The notes: a model not told the origin generated them from the sequence alone. DNA of 63,442 nt, filler included, from Craspedostauros australis (GCA_030167865.1; 10 parts of 10 records of this genome joined end to end with filler, not necessarily neighbours in it); one strand, 5' to 3'. Counted from the whole stretch's first letter, positions 47,784 to 61,895 are shown. Translations and numbers: made by a program.

Positions 47784-50700
47784 TGTCAAACTGCACAAGT
47801 AACTACTGAAGACGTATTGGCCCGTTGTTGCGTGCCCTGGTCGGAGCTCTTGTTGTTGTATTGTGAGTCGTTCGACGACGATCTCTGACCAGTATTCCCG
47901 ATTAATACGAATAGTAAAAGGTAAGATGTGCAGTGAAAGCCGTCACGCCCCTTGATCTTGAGGATGACCCCCTGTAGAACAGAGCTGTGACGAAAGTGGT
48001 TAGTGTTGGCCGCGCCAATGCCTTTGTGAGCATATCCGCGAATTTCTGTGCTGATGAAACGTATACTGGAACCAGTATATCGGCTCCCACAGACTCACGC
48101 ACTTTGTGGAATGATATTGCCACACGCTCCTTTTGTAGTAGGCTGTCTGCGATCGTCTTGTTTGAGATCACAGCATTGTTGTCGCATAATGTGATAGCCG
48201 AAGACTTGACTTGGACTCCCAGCGATCGGAGTGCGTATCTGAGTGAAATAGTCTCCTCGTTCACCGATCTCATCGCCTTGAATTCCGCGCTGTATGTTGA
48301 TGTTGTGATGGATGTTTGTTGTTTCCTGGAGAAGAATACTGGCATCCTACCCAGGAATTGTATGATGCCTGTGTTGGATCTCCTGGTCACCAGATCGTGA
48401 GCGTGGTCTGTGTCCACGAATGCATACATTGGTAGCTCTGGGTAGATTGGCTTTGGTGATCTGTCATTGATGTCTTCTGTGGCCTTGGGATATTCCTCCT
48501 TCATCTGTGNNNNNNNNNNNNNNNNNNNNNNNNNNNNNNNNNNNNNNNNNNNNNNNNNNGTTGTTTCCTGGAGAAGTATACTGGCATCTTACCCAGGAAT
48601 TGTATGATGCCTGTGTTGGATCTCCTGGTCACCAGATCGTGAGTGTGGTCTGTGTCCACGAATGCATACATTGGTAGCGCTGGGTAGATTGGCTTTGGTG
48701 ATCTGTCATTGATGTCTTCTGTGGCCTTGGGATATTCCTCCTTCATCTGTGTTACCAGTTCTGGGTNTGATGGCGTTGCATTGAAGTTGTCAAATATCAT
48801 TGGCCTGGAATCGATCAGTGTTTGCGGAGTGGACTTGTGCTTGAGATAGCCCCATACTTTGAGTGCACGTTCAAGATGTCCTTTCCGTAGCGATGCAGTG
48901 AAGTGTGAAAGTGAGGAAGTTGCAAATGCGACGTTGAAATATCCAAGCTGGACATCCCAGGTTAGCATGCCAATGAGCCGCTGGATTTTTTGTTGCTTGC
49001 CAGGTGTTAGTAGTTTGGAGTCATCCGTTTCCGGATGGTCCTTGTTCCTCATGGGAACATGTTGGCTGTGAAGTGATCCATGCTGGCACTTGCCTTTGTC
49101 CAGTGCATTTGAGATGTATTTGCTGCATCCAGTGCTCCATTTGCCTTTTGCATTTCTGGAATAGTCATTCCTGAGATNGTATATGGGTGGGCCAATATCC
49201 TTGATTGTGTTGACCTGTTGGATTGACTTCGTGTATTGATTTGTGTCCTTCGGTACGATCTTGAAATTGTCAACATGTGTGCAGATGTAGTCGTCTCCGG
49301 ATTTGTCTTGGAGTCTGATCCATACATCTTGGTTGNNNNNNNNNNNNNNNNNNNNNNNNNNNNNNNNNNNNNNNNNNNNNNNNNNTCCTTCATCTGTGCT
49401 ACCAGTTCTGGGTGTGATGGCGTTGCATTGAAGTTGTCGAATATCATTGGCCTGGAATCGATCTGTGTTCGCAGAGTGGGCTTGTGCTTGAGATAGCCCC
49501 ATACTTTGAGTGCGCGTTCAAGATGTCCTTTCCGTAGTGATGCAGTGAAGTGTGAAAGTGAGGAAGTTGCAAATGCGACGTTGAAATGTCCAAGCTGGAC
49601 AGCCCAGTTTAGCATGCCAATGANNNNNNNNNNTTTTTGTTGCTTGCCAGGTGTTAGTAGTTTGGAGTCATCCGTTTCCGGATGGTCCTTGTTCCTCATG
49701 GGAACATGTTGGCTGTGAAGTGATCCATGCTGGCACTTGCCTTTGTCCAGTGCATTTGAGATGTATTTGCTGCATCCAGTGCTCCATTTGCCTTTTGCAT
49801 TTCTGGAATAGTCATTCCTGAGATCGTATATGGGTGGGCCAATATCCTTGATTGTGTTGACCTGTTGGATTGACTTCGTGAATTGATTTGTGTCCTTCGG
49901 TACGATCTTGAAATCGTCAACATGTGTGCAGATGTAGTTGTCTCCGGATTCGTCTTGGAGTCTGATCCATACATCTTGGTTGTGGCGCAATGGCTTGAAT
50001 CCCATGGAAGATAGTGTGTTGGCGAAGTGAGCATGGAATCATTGGGCACTGGATCAGAGTCCATACAATGATTTCTTGAGTACAATTGTCTGGCCCTCTC
50101 TGTGATTGAATTCCTTTCCTGCTCTCGCGTATATCTTCTCGTTGGTGTAGGTGTTGACGAATGTGTTGCCAATATCACTGCAGAGTTGCTGGAATTTGTT
50201 CGCATCTGCGATTACATGGAGGATTCGCACGCTGGTGGTGTTGACTGTTGATGAGGACATGCGTATGTTGTCTACGATCTTGATGAGGTGTCCTCCAGCT
50301 ATGAGCCTTGCCTTGCGCCGCAGGTCTCGTTTTGACCACGAAGATGAGCCTGAGCTTTGTGCTCTGGTATTCAGTTGATGGTTGATGTGTGGATGGACGA
50401 AACTCGAAGCAGGCAAGGTTGATGAGTGCATCAATCTCCTTCTTGGCTTCCGCCTTCCACATGTCGTTGTTATTGACTTGGTCGAGTTGTAGTGCGTGCT
50501 TCATGTTGCGTAGCACTTCGCCCCTGTACTGGAATACTGTGGTGAAGAAGTCCCATTTCGGCTTCTTTTTTGCCTGGTCNNNNNNNNNNNNNNNNNNNNN
50601 NNNNNNNNNNNNNNNNNNNNNNNNNNNNNNNNNNNNNNNCGCTACGCTGGATGCGCCGCTTGATTGCCTGGATTGCATGATTGGTCCATTGTAGCATCAG

Positions 50701-53700
50701 TTGCGATTGCCAATTGTGTCGTCTGTGCCGAGTTGGTTTGTTTGCAATGATGTACCAAGCCACCAGCTCTGGATGGTCCACTCGAATGATGTCATATCGG
50801 AACCATGTTCTTGTCTCCATTCCCGATTTGGAATTGAGGTGTAGGTGTCCATCGTGGAAGCTGTGTCCTGTGATGCTGGTGATTTCAGGTTTGTTCTTGT
50901 CGACCTTATCGATTTGATTTTGGAACATCTCGTTGTGCTGTTGTTCTGCAAGAGTGCTTTGATGCCCCTGAGTCCGGTGCTCCAAAGGATCTAGCATGGG
51001 TACTGCCGCCAAATTATCGAGCTACTCAGAGACGTCGCCAGGTATTTGGCTGTCACCATCGTCATCACCGTCCAAGATCACATCTGCAGCGTCATTTCCG
51101 CTCGTGTCTTCGTCATCAGGCACAACATTTGGCTTTCCAAACCATTGGTCCTCTAGTGAAGCTGTGTTTGCGTTGACCTCGATTTTCCTGACCCTCGTTG
51201 GACCAGGTTCCGGGATGCGAGCCGCCGCTCTTGGCCACACGGCAATCGCATCGATGGCCTCTTGGACCTGTCGAGCAGGCTCAGCCGGTATAGTCATTGT
51301 TCATGCCCTGCTACCCGAAGCGCTGTTTGTGGTTGCGTCAATGAGGTTGAGCCTTGCGATTCGTTGTATGTCTCCATTGCTGATGGGCGGAGTGTCTGTG
51401 TATTCCAGAATACGCGGCTTGGCAATGTTGCACATGAGGACTGTGCCCCACTTGATATCCTCGTCTTGTGGCAACCAGATATGGTAAGTGAATGGATCCC
51501 CGTGAATTCACGCGATGCCCAGGATATAGCCCGGTTTGAATGGATGCTCAGGGAACTTTGTCATTGGCCCGAAGAACAACACAGGACGGAAGAAAGTGGA
51601 TCGGAACATGGAAATGTCGGGCATGTTGCTATGGACAAGTTCAATCGGTGTCCTCCACTGGATGCTGCCCTTGTCCGTATAGTCCCACACGTCGATGGCA
51701 TGCTGCAATGCAAAACATCAGAATTCGAGTGGCGCGGATGCCGCCCATATCAACTGATAAGCATGCCACTTGATGTCGCCGATCGTGCGTTCCGCTCTGT
51801 TCTGGTTCTGGTTCATGGGCGTAGTGAAGTAGTGCTTGATCATGTGCTTGGATGTGGTCGCCTTCCAGGGCCTTTCCTGATTGGGCCTGCAAGTTGTTGG
51901 ACACAAGGGTATCCGGTGCGTCGACATTGAGGATGAAGTCCGTGAGCGCCCCTGGCGCCATTGCCTCTCTTCGGAGCGGCTTCGCCCAGATGAATTTTGG
52001 TTTGCTGTGGACAAAGAGTTGGAAGCACTTGGAATGCCAACTTGATTGCACTGTGGAAAAGAAGGGGTCCGTATTGACTCTGCCTTGGATTCATTGCGGC
52101 TGGAGCACTCCAGCTCGTTGTGTTCGGTACTGCCATGGGATGAGTCGTGACTCTGTCTCAATTGGTCTGTCCGCCAGTTGGGTGGATGCCACCATTGTCT
52201 TCTCGACAACCTGGTGTGGGAAGTGTTTGATCATGTCGTTGAAATGGATTCCCTGGTTATTCCGCCGAAGGCGCTGGTGTCGGTCGCATATCGTGACATG
52301 ATTATTGAGTTTTAGCTCATGAGCTGTGGATTTCCAAATGGGGATACGCAGGGTGTTGCCACCATGGTTGGCCCGTGGGGTGCTGGTGTCACCTGATGCA
52401 ATGCGCTATTGCCCCTGGTGTTGGATGAGGCAGTTGTATACATTCAGTCCAGGCACGCGCATGTGATGTGTATTAAACAATGATTCCATCTGATGTGGGT
52501 GCTTATCCAGAGCCACATATTTTGCCTTGATGAGGATCACATCGCCTGTTGGAGATTCATATACTGCCACCGCGTCGACCATCTGGAATGCCTTGATTGG
52601 TGAGGCCATTGTTGCCCCGCAAGCATGGAACGTCTGTTGGTGTTGTTGGGTCACCACCCATCCGGATTCATGTACGATGTCGCCGTCCACCCCTGAGTCA
52701 AACGATGTAGCCTTGGCTACTGCTTGTTGCTCTTGCCCTGCGAAGAAAGTGTTCGATGGTCGGGTGGGTTCCACTTGGCGCCAACTCTTGTAGTTCTTCC
52801 AGGCGTGCACACCTGGGTCTTCTCTCCGCAGCTGTGCGCATCTCCCCCTACAGTCGCGGGGCTTGATATGTATGATGATCTCCGACTGGCGGCGAGTTGT
52901 GTCTGTCATTGATTGTCACGAGCTGTCGTCGCATGGTCCATATTCCTTTCCACCGCATGCCGGGGACGCTTTGGTCCAGGCTCTCTTGTGAGATCTTCAT
53001 GTGGTGGGAAGTTGGAGGTTCTTTGCGTACTCTGCTAGTTTGAGTTTCTTGAGCTTGTCCTCGTCGATTGGCTTGCCATGTTTGCAGAAGTAAAGCGCAG
53101 ACTTCACGACGAGCACCTGAATGTGGGTCGGAAGCCGGCAGAAGACGTTGTCCATCAGCAGGGACATTGCCGAGGGCCTTTGGTCCACCGTTGGCGCCTC
53201 GTAGCGACGCTTGCAGTTGGTTTGCCTGTCCTTCTTCTGCTGTTAGCGCCGGTTGCGCTGTGGGGATTGTTCGATCTTGGAGTTGGTGATGGAGCTGTCA
53301 TGTCTCATCAACTCGTTGCGGATCCAGTCAAATGACTGATTGACGTTGTGAAGCCAAGAAATCTCACTCAAGAATTGTTTGTCATTGATGTTGGAAAAGA
53401 GCTTTGCAGTGGTCTCCTTATTGTTCATGACCTTTCCATTGTCCTCCATTGTGCAGATGGACTTCGAGAAGGCGCTGACAAACTTGCTGAACAGCTCTGA
53501 TCCATTGTAGATAGGCTTTGCCAGGAGCTCTTCCTGCTCAGCTACGATCGCTGCCTTGTTCTCCTTGAATTTGTACATCCGGACCAGTGCCTGGAAGGTG
53601 TCATGACCACTGCCAATGTGCAATGGCATGATGAAATCCATGTCACCTCAGGTCTTGCTGTTGAGGATGGTGTAGAATTGGTTGTTGTTCTGTGAATTGT

Positions 53701-55125
53701 AGTTGGTTGGTTGCTTGGGTTCTATATGCATTGCGTATCTCATTGTTGCCATCGATCTGGCAAATGCGATCTTCCAATCGCGCCAGGCTTTGTTCAGTCC
53801 AGAGAAGGTCAGAGTTTTGGGCATGGATACCTTGTCCTAGCACCAACCTGTTGGTGTTGAGGGTGATTGTGCGAGGGTGGCTCCACGTCATGGAGACATC
53901 ATGGCTATCTCATTGTTTGCCACTGGGGGCTCCACCGCTGCTGCGTCTTTGATGGCCATCTCGTTTCTTGTGCGAGCTGCTGCGTTTGTAACAGGGGTCT
54001 TGATCTTTGGAGGCACATAGTTTGTCTGTTCAATGTATTCATCGACGGCGGTCCAGTTGGTGGTGGAGTCAATTGTATTGGATCTGGTGTACCTTCCACC
54101 TCACTCACTCGGCAAAGCGATAGCACTAGTTGTAGAGTTTTTTGCCCTCCAACGTGGGATTAGTCGTNNNNNNNNNNNNNNNNNNNNNNNNNNNNNNNNN
54201 NNNNNNNNNNNNNNNNNTGACCACTGCCAATGTGCAATGGCATGATGAAATCCATGTCACCTCAGGTCTTGCTGTTGAGGATGGTGTAGAATTGGTTGTT
54301 GTTCTGTGAATTGTAGTTGGTTGGTTGCTTGGGTTCTATATGCATTGCGTATCTCATTGTTGCCATCGATCTGGCAAATGAAATCTTCCAATNGCGCCAG
54401 GCTTTGTTCAGTCCAGAGAAAGTCAGAGTTTTGGGCATGGATACCTTGTCCTAGCACCAACCTGTTGGTGTTGAGGGTGATTGTGCAAGGGTGGCTCCAC
54501 ATCATGGAGACATCATGGCTATCTTGTTGTTTGCCACCAGGGGCTCCACTTCCACTGCATCTTTGATGGCCATCTTGGTTCTTGTGCAAGCTGCTGTGTT
54601 TGTAACAGGGGTCTTGATCTTTGGAGGCACATAGTTTGTCTGTTCAATGTATGCATCGACGGCAGTCCAATTGGTGGTGGAGTCAATTGTATTGGATCTG
54701 GCATATGCAAAGATGTGTTGGATGTTTCCAATGTTGATTGCAGTGAGGGTTGGTGCAAAGGTCAAGGAAGCCACAATTGCGCCATCTGGATGCTGGATGG
54801 CTTGGTCAATGCGCCCAAGGGTGGATGTGATGAAGGTCATCTCCTAGTAGTCAAGCTGGACTAGCTCCTTGATGATGGGTGCAACAGTTCTGTTGTTGAT
54901 TGCTCTTGCCATGGTGAAGGTTTGTTTGTAAGTGGTAAGCTTGGTGGTAAACCACAACTCTTAACCTGTCAAACTGCACAAGTAACCACTGAAGACATAT
55001 TGGCCCATTGGTGCATGCCCTGGTCGGAGCTTTTGTGTTTTATTGTGAGTCGTCCGAGGACGATCTCCAACCAGTATTTTGGATTTATACGATTAGCAAA
55101 AAGGTAAGAAGTACAGTGAAAGCTG
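47784..55125 (-). mobile_element. Near full-length, heavily decayed Ty1/Copia (CoDi-like) element with both ~160-bp LTRs
   Basis: LTRs 47784-47945 and 54967-55125; GGTTAAGAG follows the 5' LTR; gag ATG 54912; protease SFDSG; integrase LVSNN, NRAER; RT KKSLYGL, THVDDF; RNase H FVDTDHAHDLVTRRS, STYSAEF; PPT AAGATCAAGGGGCG. Confidence 0.92.
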
Positions 55126-55428
55126 NNNNNNNNNNNNNNNNNNNNNNNNNNNNNNNNNNNNNNNNNNNNTTAATTAATTAANNNNNNNNNNNNNNNNNNN
55201 NNNNNNNNNNNNNNNNNNNNNNNNNCAAGTAATCATAATTTTTGGAATTACATCATCAACACCAACCTCAATCGTATCAAGTACAAAATCAATCGTAGAA
55301 AAAAATACAACTTCAATCGTACGCCGGCATAAGGCACTTGTCGTCACAGTCATAGCATGGATATCCAACCTGCTTCAACTCAAGCGGGGAATCTGATGGT
55401 GAATTCCAACTGCAACTGCTGCTGCATC

Positions 55429-56263
55429 TGTTGGCAAGTTCCGCTCACGGTAACCTACGATCGTGGAAGATGGTGTTGGTTGATAGTCGTCTGTTTGCTA
55501 TTTCATTACNNNNNNNNNNNNNNNNNNNNNNNNNNNNNNNNNNNNNNNNNNNNATGCTCTCGGCGCTTCAATCTGTTTCGTAGATTCAGTCTCCGACTAT
55601 GAGTCGGTACGCGAGATCCTCTCTCGCTCCTCTCTGTACTCTCTCTCTCAACATCGTGTGCTTGTGCTACACGATACTCCGTGTTCGATGCGTACTCCGC
55701 ATTCGACACTCTGTTCATTCAGTACTGGCTTCTACTCCATGAGTACTNNNNNNNNNNNNNNNNNNNNNNNNNNNNNNNNNNNNNNNNNNNNNNNNNNNNN
55801 NNNNNNNNNNNNNNNNNNNNNNNNNNNNNNNNNNNNNNNNNNNNNNNNNNNNNNNNNNNNNNNNNNNNNNNNNNNNNNNNNNNNNNNNNNNNNNNNNNNN
55901 NNNNNNNNNNNNNNNNNNNNNNNNNNNNNNNNNNNNNNNNNNNNNNNNNNNNNNNNNNNNNNNNNNNNNNNNNNNNNNNNNNNNNNNNNNNNNGTTTAGT
56001 TGGGAAGTACCTCGAGATTCTCTTGGTACCATTGATGCATGGACGGACGATCTTCTGATTCTCTCAGAAATCGTTATCTGCAAATTTCCTCCAGAAATCT
56101 TGCCCCTTTTCGTGTGTTCCATTTCCCCTGTAATTCTGACGAATCACAGNNNNNNNNNNNNNNNNNNNNNNNNNTACCGTCCAAGTGCGTATGAGAGAAT
56201 AGCGGGTGAACGATGCACATATACACGTACATCTTGACATATACTCACATGTACATCTCGACA
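55429..56263. repeat. Solo LTR family A (TGTTG...CGACA, ~835 bp including N) flanked by TGCATC on both sides, inserted in repeat family C
   Basis: TG...CA termini shared with other copies; TGCATC at 55423-55428 and 56264-56269. Confidence 0.85.
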
Positions 56264-56628
56264 TGCATCATCAACTTCTATAAAAGAACTGAGCTGTTAT
56301 GCTCTACACTACAATGCAACAGCACATGGAGAGATGAGCAATGACAGGGAGCAATGTCCGCCCTCAACACTGAACCATGTGAATCAGTGCAGAGGCGTAT
56401 CAACTTTGTGACATCATTTCTTCATCCTACCAAGACTACAAACTAACTCATAATAACACAAGCCGAGATTAGTACAAACAGCACTACTCTACTCATCGTT
56501 ACAGTACCACATCTTCGACAAGTTCACACCTCTTGAACTGCATTGCACAGTTATCTCGAAACCAGCAGTTCACGAGGCTTTTCCACCGAATTGTGTCACC
56601 AACAGAGCACGAATTTCAACTCCGTCCT

Positions 56629-57434
56629 TGTCGAGATGTACATGTGAGTATATGTCAAGATGTACGTGTATATGTGCATCGTTCACCTGTTATTCTCTCA
56701 TACACACTTGGACGGTAAAGCTACATTCGTGTCAATAGTATGCTGTGATTTGTCAAAATCACAATGGAAATGGAACACACAAAAATGAGCAGAATTTCTG
56801 GAGGAAATTTGCGATCAACGAATTCTGAGAGAATCAGGAACATCGTGCGTCCATCCATCAATGGAAACGTATGGTATCGAGCGAAACTCAATGTACCTCC
56901 CAACTAAACCCCAGATGACAATATCATCTGACAGACTGCTGCATCATTGATGGAACGTGACATCTGGAGAGCAGAAGGATGCCTACTGACGTCAAGAGGA
57001 TGTCATCGTGTCACCATGTTGACATCTGTCTCCAGGTCAGAGCAAGAGGCGAAGATCCGATGACCGAAGGGCATCAAGATCATGGATACAAGAGGTGAAA
57101 TTCAAATGGTAAGTACTCATGGAGTAGAAGCCAGTAAGGAACGAACGAAGCGTCGAATGCGGAGTACACATCGAACGCGAAGTATTGTGTAGCACGAGTA
57201 CACGATATTGAGAGAGAGAGAGAGAGAATACGAAGAGTAGCCAGAGAGCATCTCTCACACCAACTCATAGTCGGAGACTGAATCTACGAAACAGATAAAC
57301 GCACTGAGAGCATCGGGCAAGAGAGAGGACACCGAGAGGATTGGAGTCTCAATTTAATGAAATAGCAAACACAATGACTATCAACAACACTGTCTTCCAC
57401 GATCGTAGGCTTGCTGTCACGGAACTTGCCAACA
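56629..57434. repeat. LTR family A, complete copy in opposite orientation, no TSD
   Basis: TGTCGAGATG...GGAACTTGCCAACA is the reverse complement of the 55429-56263 termini. Confidence 0.88.
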
Positions 57435-59613
57435 ATGGAGTGTTTCATGTTCCCAAGTTTTGCTGTTTTCAATTTTGTTGCTGCAGTCAATCATTTTGTG
57501 AGCTCCGCATTGCCATCAATTGACCATTATTATTCACTGTTTCAATTATCCCTACTCAGGAGTCTGGCCCATGTGTGGCCATTAAACCGTCGTTTCAGGT
57601 CTCCGTTGCAGAGGCGTGCGCACGACTTGCACCTCTGTTGCATTCCTGTCTTCTTCCTTCAGATGGTGCCCTGGAGTCGTATGGGTTGGCTGTATCAACC
57701 ATTCAATTATGTCCAGAAGTGACCTGAATATGGAAGAAACCAGTGTTGCCTTATCGTGGTAAAGGCAAAATCCCCTTCTTCCCCTGCTGCCACCAAACAG
57801 AATCATACCCTGTACCACCAACACCAAACGCAGACACTGTGCCAGAGAGAAGCCAAAAGTAGACAGCGAGGTTGCAAGAGGACAAACAAGGAAGNNNNNN
57901 NNNNNNNNNNNNNNNNNNNNNNNNNNNNNNNNNNNNNNTTAATTAATTAANNNNNNNNNNNNNNNNNNNNNNNNNNNNNNNNNNNNNNNNNNNNGGGGAA
58001 GCAAACGAGTATCGAGCTGAATGCCCTCCAGCGTGCTGTATCATTCTTGCACGCGTGCTGTTGTGCTCTATCTGGGGATCCCGTAGTTCACCTTGCGCTC
58101 AACACGAACAATCATGGACATACAGCCATGTATAGACAACATCGGACCGCGCACTGTGGTGGAGTCTTACCCTTGTCGTGAATCGGTCTTGTACTAGTCG
58201 TGCTCACGTCGTGCTNNNNNNNNNNNNNNNNNNNNNNNNNNNNNNNNNNNNNNNNNNNNNNNNNNNNNNNNNNNNNNNNNNNNNNNNNNNNNNNNNNNNN
58301 NNNNNNNNNNNNNNNNNNNNNNNNNNNNNNNNNNNNNNNNNNTACTTATAGAGAGATGTCGCAGTATCGTAGGTGATCAGTCTGGAGTCGCCGCGATGCA
58401 AATCTCTGTTATCAACTGTGTTTCAGAATGATGTTGCAATCAAGATCGAATACGTGTGCTACCATGGTATAGGTCGTACGCTTACATTCATGCATTCTAA
58501 TTTTTGAAGAGTGCACTCTATCGCCCTTGAACATACAACTAGACTAGACATGGTAGTATGGCCCATTTCGCAACATGTCGCACCGACAAAACCGCGGTAA
58601 TTGCGAGAAATTTGGTNNNNNNNNNNNNNNNNNNNNNNNNNNNNNNNNNNNNNNNNNNNNNNNNNNNNNNNNNNNNNNNNNNNNNNNNNNNNNNNNNNNN
58701 NNNNNNNNNNNNNNNNNNNNNNNNNNNNNNNNNNNNNNNNNNNNNNNNNNNNNNNNNNNNNNNNNNNNNNNNNNNNNNNNNNNNNNNNNNNNTTGGCTCC
58801 CCACCAACGAACTCCCCATGTCGTTCCTCACGAAACACATGGCAACGTGCCGACACGCCAGTGTACTTACATGTGTATACTCCGAGAGAGTGTCGCACAC
58901 GACAGAAGACCCATGTTTCTCCACCATGGTCGACTAACAGGANNNNNNNNNNNNNNNNNNNNNNNNNNNNNNNNNNNNNNNNNNNNNNNNNNTGCTCGTC
59001 GATCCGGTCCTCTGTCGTGTCTGTCGCATGTCCATGTCGTGCTTGTCGCAGGTCGATGTCATGTCGGTGTCTGTCCTGACGTGTTGCACATGGTGAAACA
59101 CACGCCAGCCTCACGTCAATGTCCCGTTGGCTCCCCACCAACGAACTCCCCATGTCGTTCCTCACGAAACACATGGCAACGTGCCGACACGCCAGTGTAC
59201 TTACATGTGTATACTCCGAGAGAGTGTCGCACACGACAGAAGACCCATGTTTCTCCACCATGGTCGACTAACAGGAGCAAATCAAATAGATACGTTGAGC
59301 GTTGAATCTAGACCAACGCTAGATATACACTTATACTCGTAGGGGTATAGTGCTTTATGCTCTAGGAAACATCTATGTTTATTCAATGCATACATTTATT
59401 AGACAATAAATATAGCAAAACCGGTGTACTATTGGATATTCCAGGCAAAACGGATGCGTTGAACTATAGTAGGGCAGCGTAGACGTCTACGTATCCCGTG
59501 TTTTTGTGTTTCGNNNNNNNNNNNNNNNNNNNNNNNNNNNNNNNNNNNNNNNNNNNNTTAATTAATTAANNNNNNNNNNNNNNNNNNNNNNNNNNNNNNN
59601 NNNNNNNNNNNNN

Positions 59614-61795
59614 CAGATCCTACCGAGTGTAAGGATGAGATGACGCTGTCTGCCTCGTCATCCGGGTCTGATACCTTTGTCGATGGAACGTTGGTTGACT
59701 CGGTGTATCCCTTTTGGTCCGTTCCTACCACGTTGGCCTCGCGATCGATGCCCAGCTCCCTGTATAGGTGGTCGATGTCTCCCGCTGAGAGATTGTCCAC
59801 CATGTCGAAAAGGGTNCCTTGGATCGAGATGGCAGTGTCGGTAGCCGATTTCGCGAATGTTACTGTGTCAATTGCATGTGACATTCCGATGAGCTCCTCG
59901 AGACTTAGGGTGTCAAGGAATGCGTCCACCTTGGGGTACTCCTGGTGCACACGGTTGAGGTCTCCTGTGGTGTGCTCATCTGGATGACGGGCGTTGGGTT
60001 CCATGGGTTCTTGTCCTTCCATGGGATTATCCGGGATACCGTCCTTGGCCTGGCGTGTCCCGGGTTCCATGGGATCCTTCGATGCGTTGTGGGCGCTTGA
60101 ATCCATCGCTCCANNNNNNNNNNNNNNNNNNNNNNNNNNNNNNNNNNNNNNNNNNNNNNNNNNGCGAAATGTTTCCCGATTTCTCCGGAACGCCGGTTCA
60201 GATCCTACCGAGTGTAAGGATGAGATGACGCTGTCTGCCTCGTCATCTGGGTCTGATACCTTTGTTGATGGAACGTTGGTTGACTCGGTGTATCCCTTTT
60301 GGTCCGTTCCTACCACGTTGGCCTCGCGATCGATGCCCAGCTCCCTGTATAGGTGGTCGATGTCTCCCGCTGAGAGATTGTCCACCATGTCGAAAAGGGT
60401 NCCTTGGATCGAGATGGCNGTGTCGGTNGCCGATTTCGCGAATGTTACNGTGTCAATTGCATGTGACATTCCGATGAGCTCCTCGAGGCTTAGGGTGTCA
60501 AGGAATGCGTCCACCTTGGGGTACTCCTGGTGCACACGGTTGAGGTCTCCGGTGATGTGATCATCTGGATGACGGGCGTTGGGTTCCATGGGTTCTCGTC
60601 CTTCCATGGGATTATCCGGGATACCGTCCTTGGCCTGACGTGTCCCGGGTTCCATGGGATCCTTCGATGCGTTGTGGGCGCTTGAATCTATCGCTCCAGC
60701 GTCATGCGGTGCATCAGGTTGGTCATTCCAGTCGACTACCTTGTCTCCTCCGATTGGGTCCCTGGTAAGGTAGCAACCCATGGGCACGTTGCATACGTGT
60801 CCTCCTTGGTGATCCGAAGGGTTCCATCCTTGCTTTGGGGTGATGTCNNNNNNNNNNAGATCCTCATCGTCCTCCATGATGGGGAAGACATCGAATGTCA
60901 TCAGCGCGTCTCGCATCTCCAAGTTGATCGTCGTGTCTTCGTCAGGCATTAGGCATTGTCGACCTGTGCCTGGTGTCGCGAACGATGCCCGGTGTTCCGA
61001 CGAAACCGTATCGAGGACGGCTCCACTGGCCCGAATTTGGTGGTCGGATAGCAGTGTCACCCGACTGTCGACGTTCAGGGCGGCTTCGTAGATCCGGAGG
61101 ATCACTTCGTTGCCTTCTCTGGTCCTGGCCTTGATACTTGCGTCGACCACCGCGAGGTTGTTCTTCCTCATCGTGCTGGCCACGGCACCGACGATGTTGT
61201 ACGTCCGATGCGGGTAGATGTAGTCAATCTTCCAGACCCGGTCCTTGTTCCCGATAACGCAGCATTGTGCGCCTCCGTCACATACCGCGTATGTTTGCGG
61301 AGAGAAGGTCGCCAGGTTGATCAGCTGTTCGGGTACTGATCGGCGTTGTTTGGATTCTGGCGGGTCGACGGGGCTTGTGGCACCAGATGAATCACTCATC
61401 GTGATCATCTTCACGAGCCGGTCGTTGCCGTTCTCTTCGTGTCCTCCATAATCGACCAGGAACTTGGCAAGCTCCGAAGCGTCAATCGAGGATAGATCCG
61501 ATCCATTCTCGTCCTGGGAGTCGGTTCCCTCGGTGGATCCTGTGGTGTACCTGGCCAGGTTCGCGTGGGTGACACCTCCATACTGCTTGTGTGGCTTGGT
61601 TTCNTCCCCCTTCTCTGGGGGCTTCACGCTGGCAGGTGGTTGGAGTTCTTCCTGCTCCTTCTTGCCCTCGACGCGGGTGAATCCGGATCCGTTCCGGTCG
61701 TTGTTGCGGCAGGCCCAGCGGAGGGAGCTGCGGAGTTTCATGATCACTCGGCGGACCTTTTCGGGTAGTCCGTCGAATACTTCTTGTGAGATGAA
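59614..61795 (-). mobile_element. Ty1/Copia gag-end / aspartic protease / acidic linker fragment with gap duplication
   Basis: AVCDGGAQCCVIG, VILRIYEAA, TLLSDHQIRASGAVLD, DITP..GWNP typical of diatom Copia pol; 59614-60113 duplicates ~60198-60697. Confidence 0.8.
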
Positions 61796-61895
61796 NNNNN
61801 NNNNNNNNNNNNNNNNNNNNNNNNNNNNNNNNNNNNNNNTTAATTAATTAANNNNNNNNNNNNNNNNNNNNNNNNNNNNNNNNNNNNNNNNNNNN

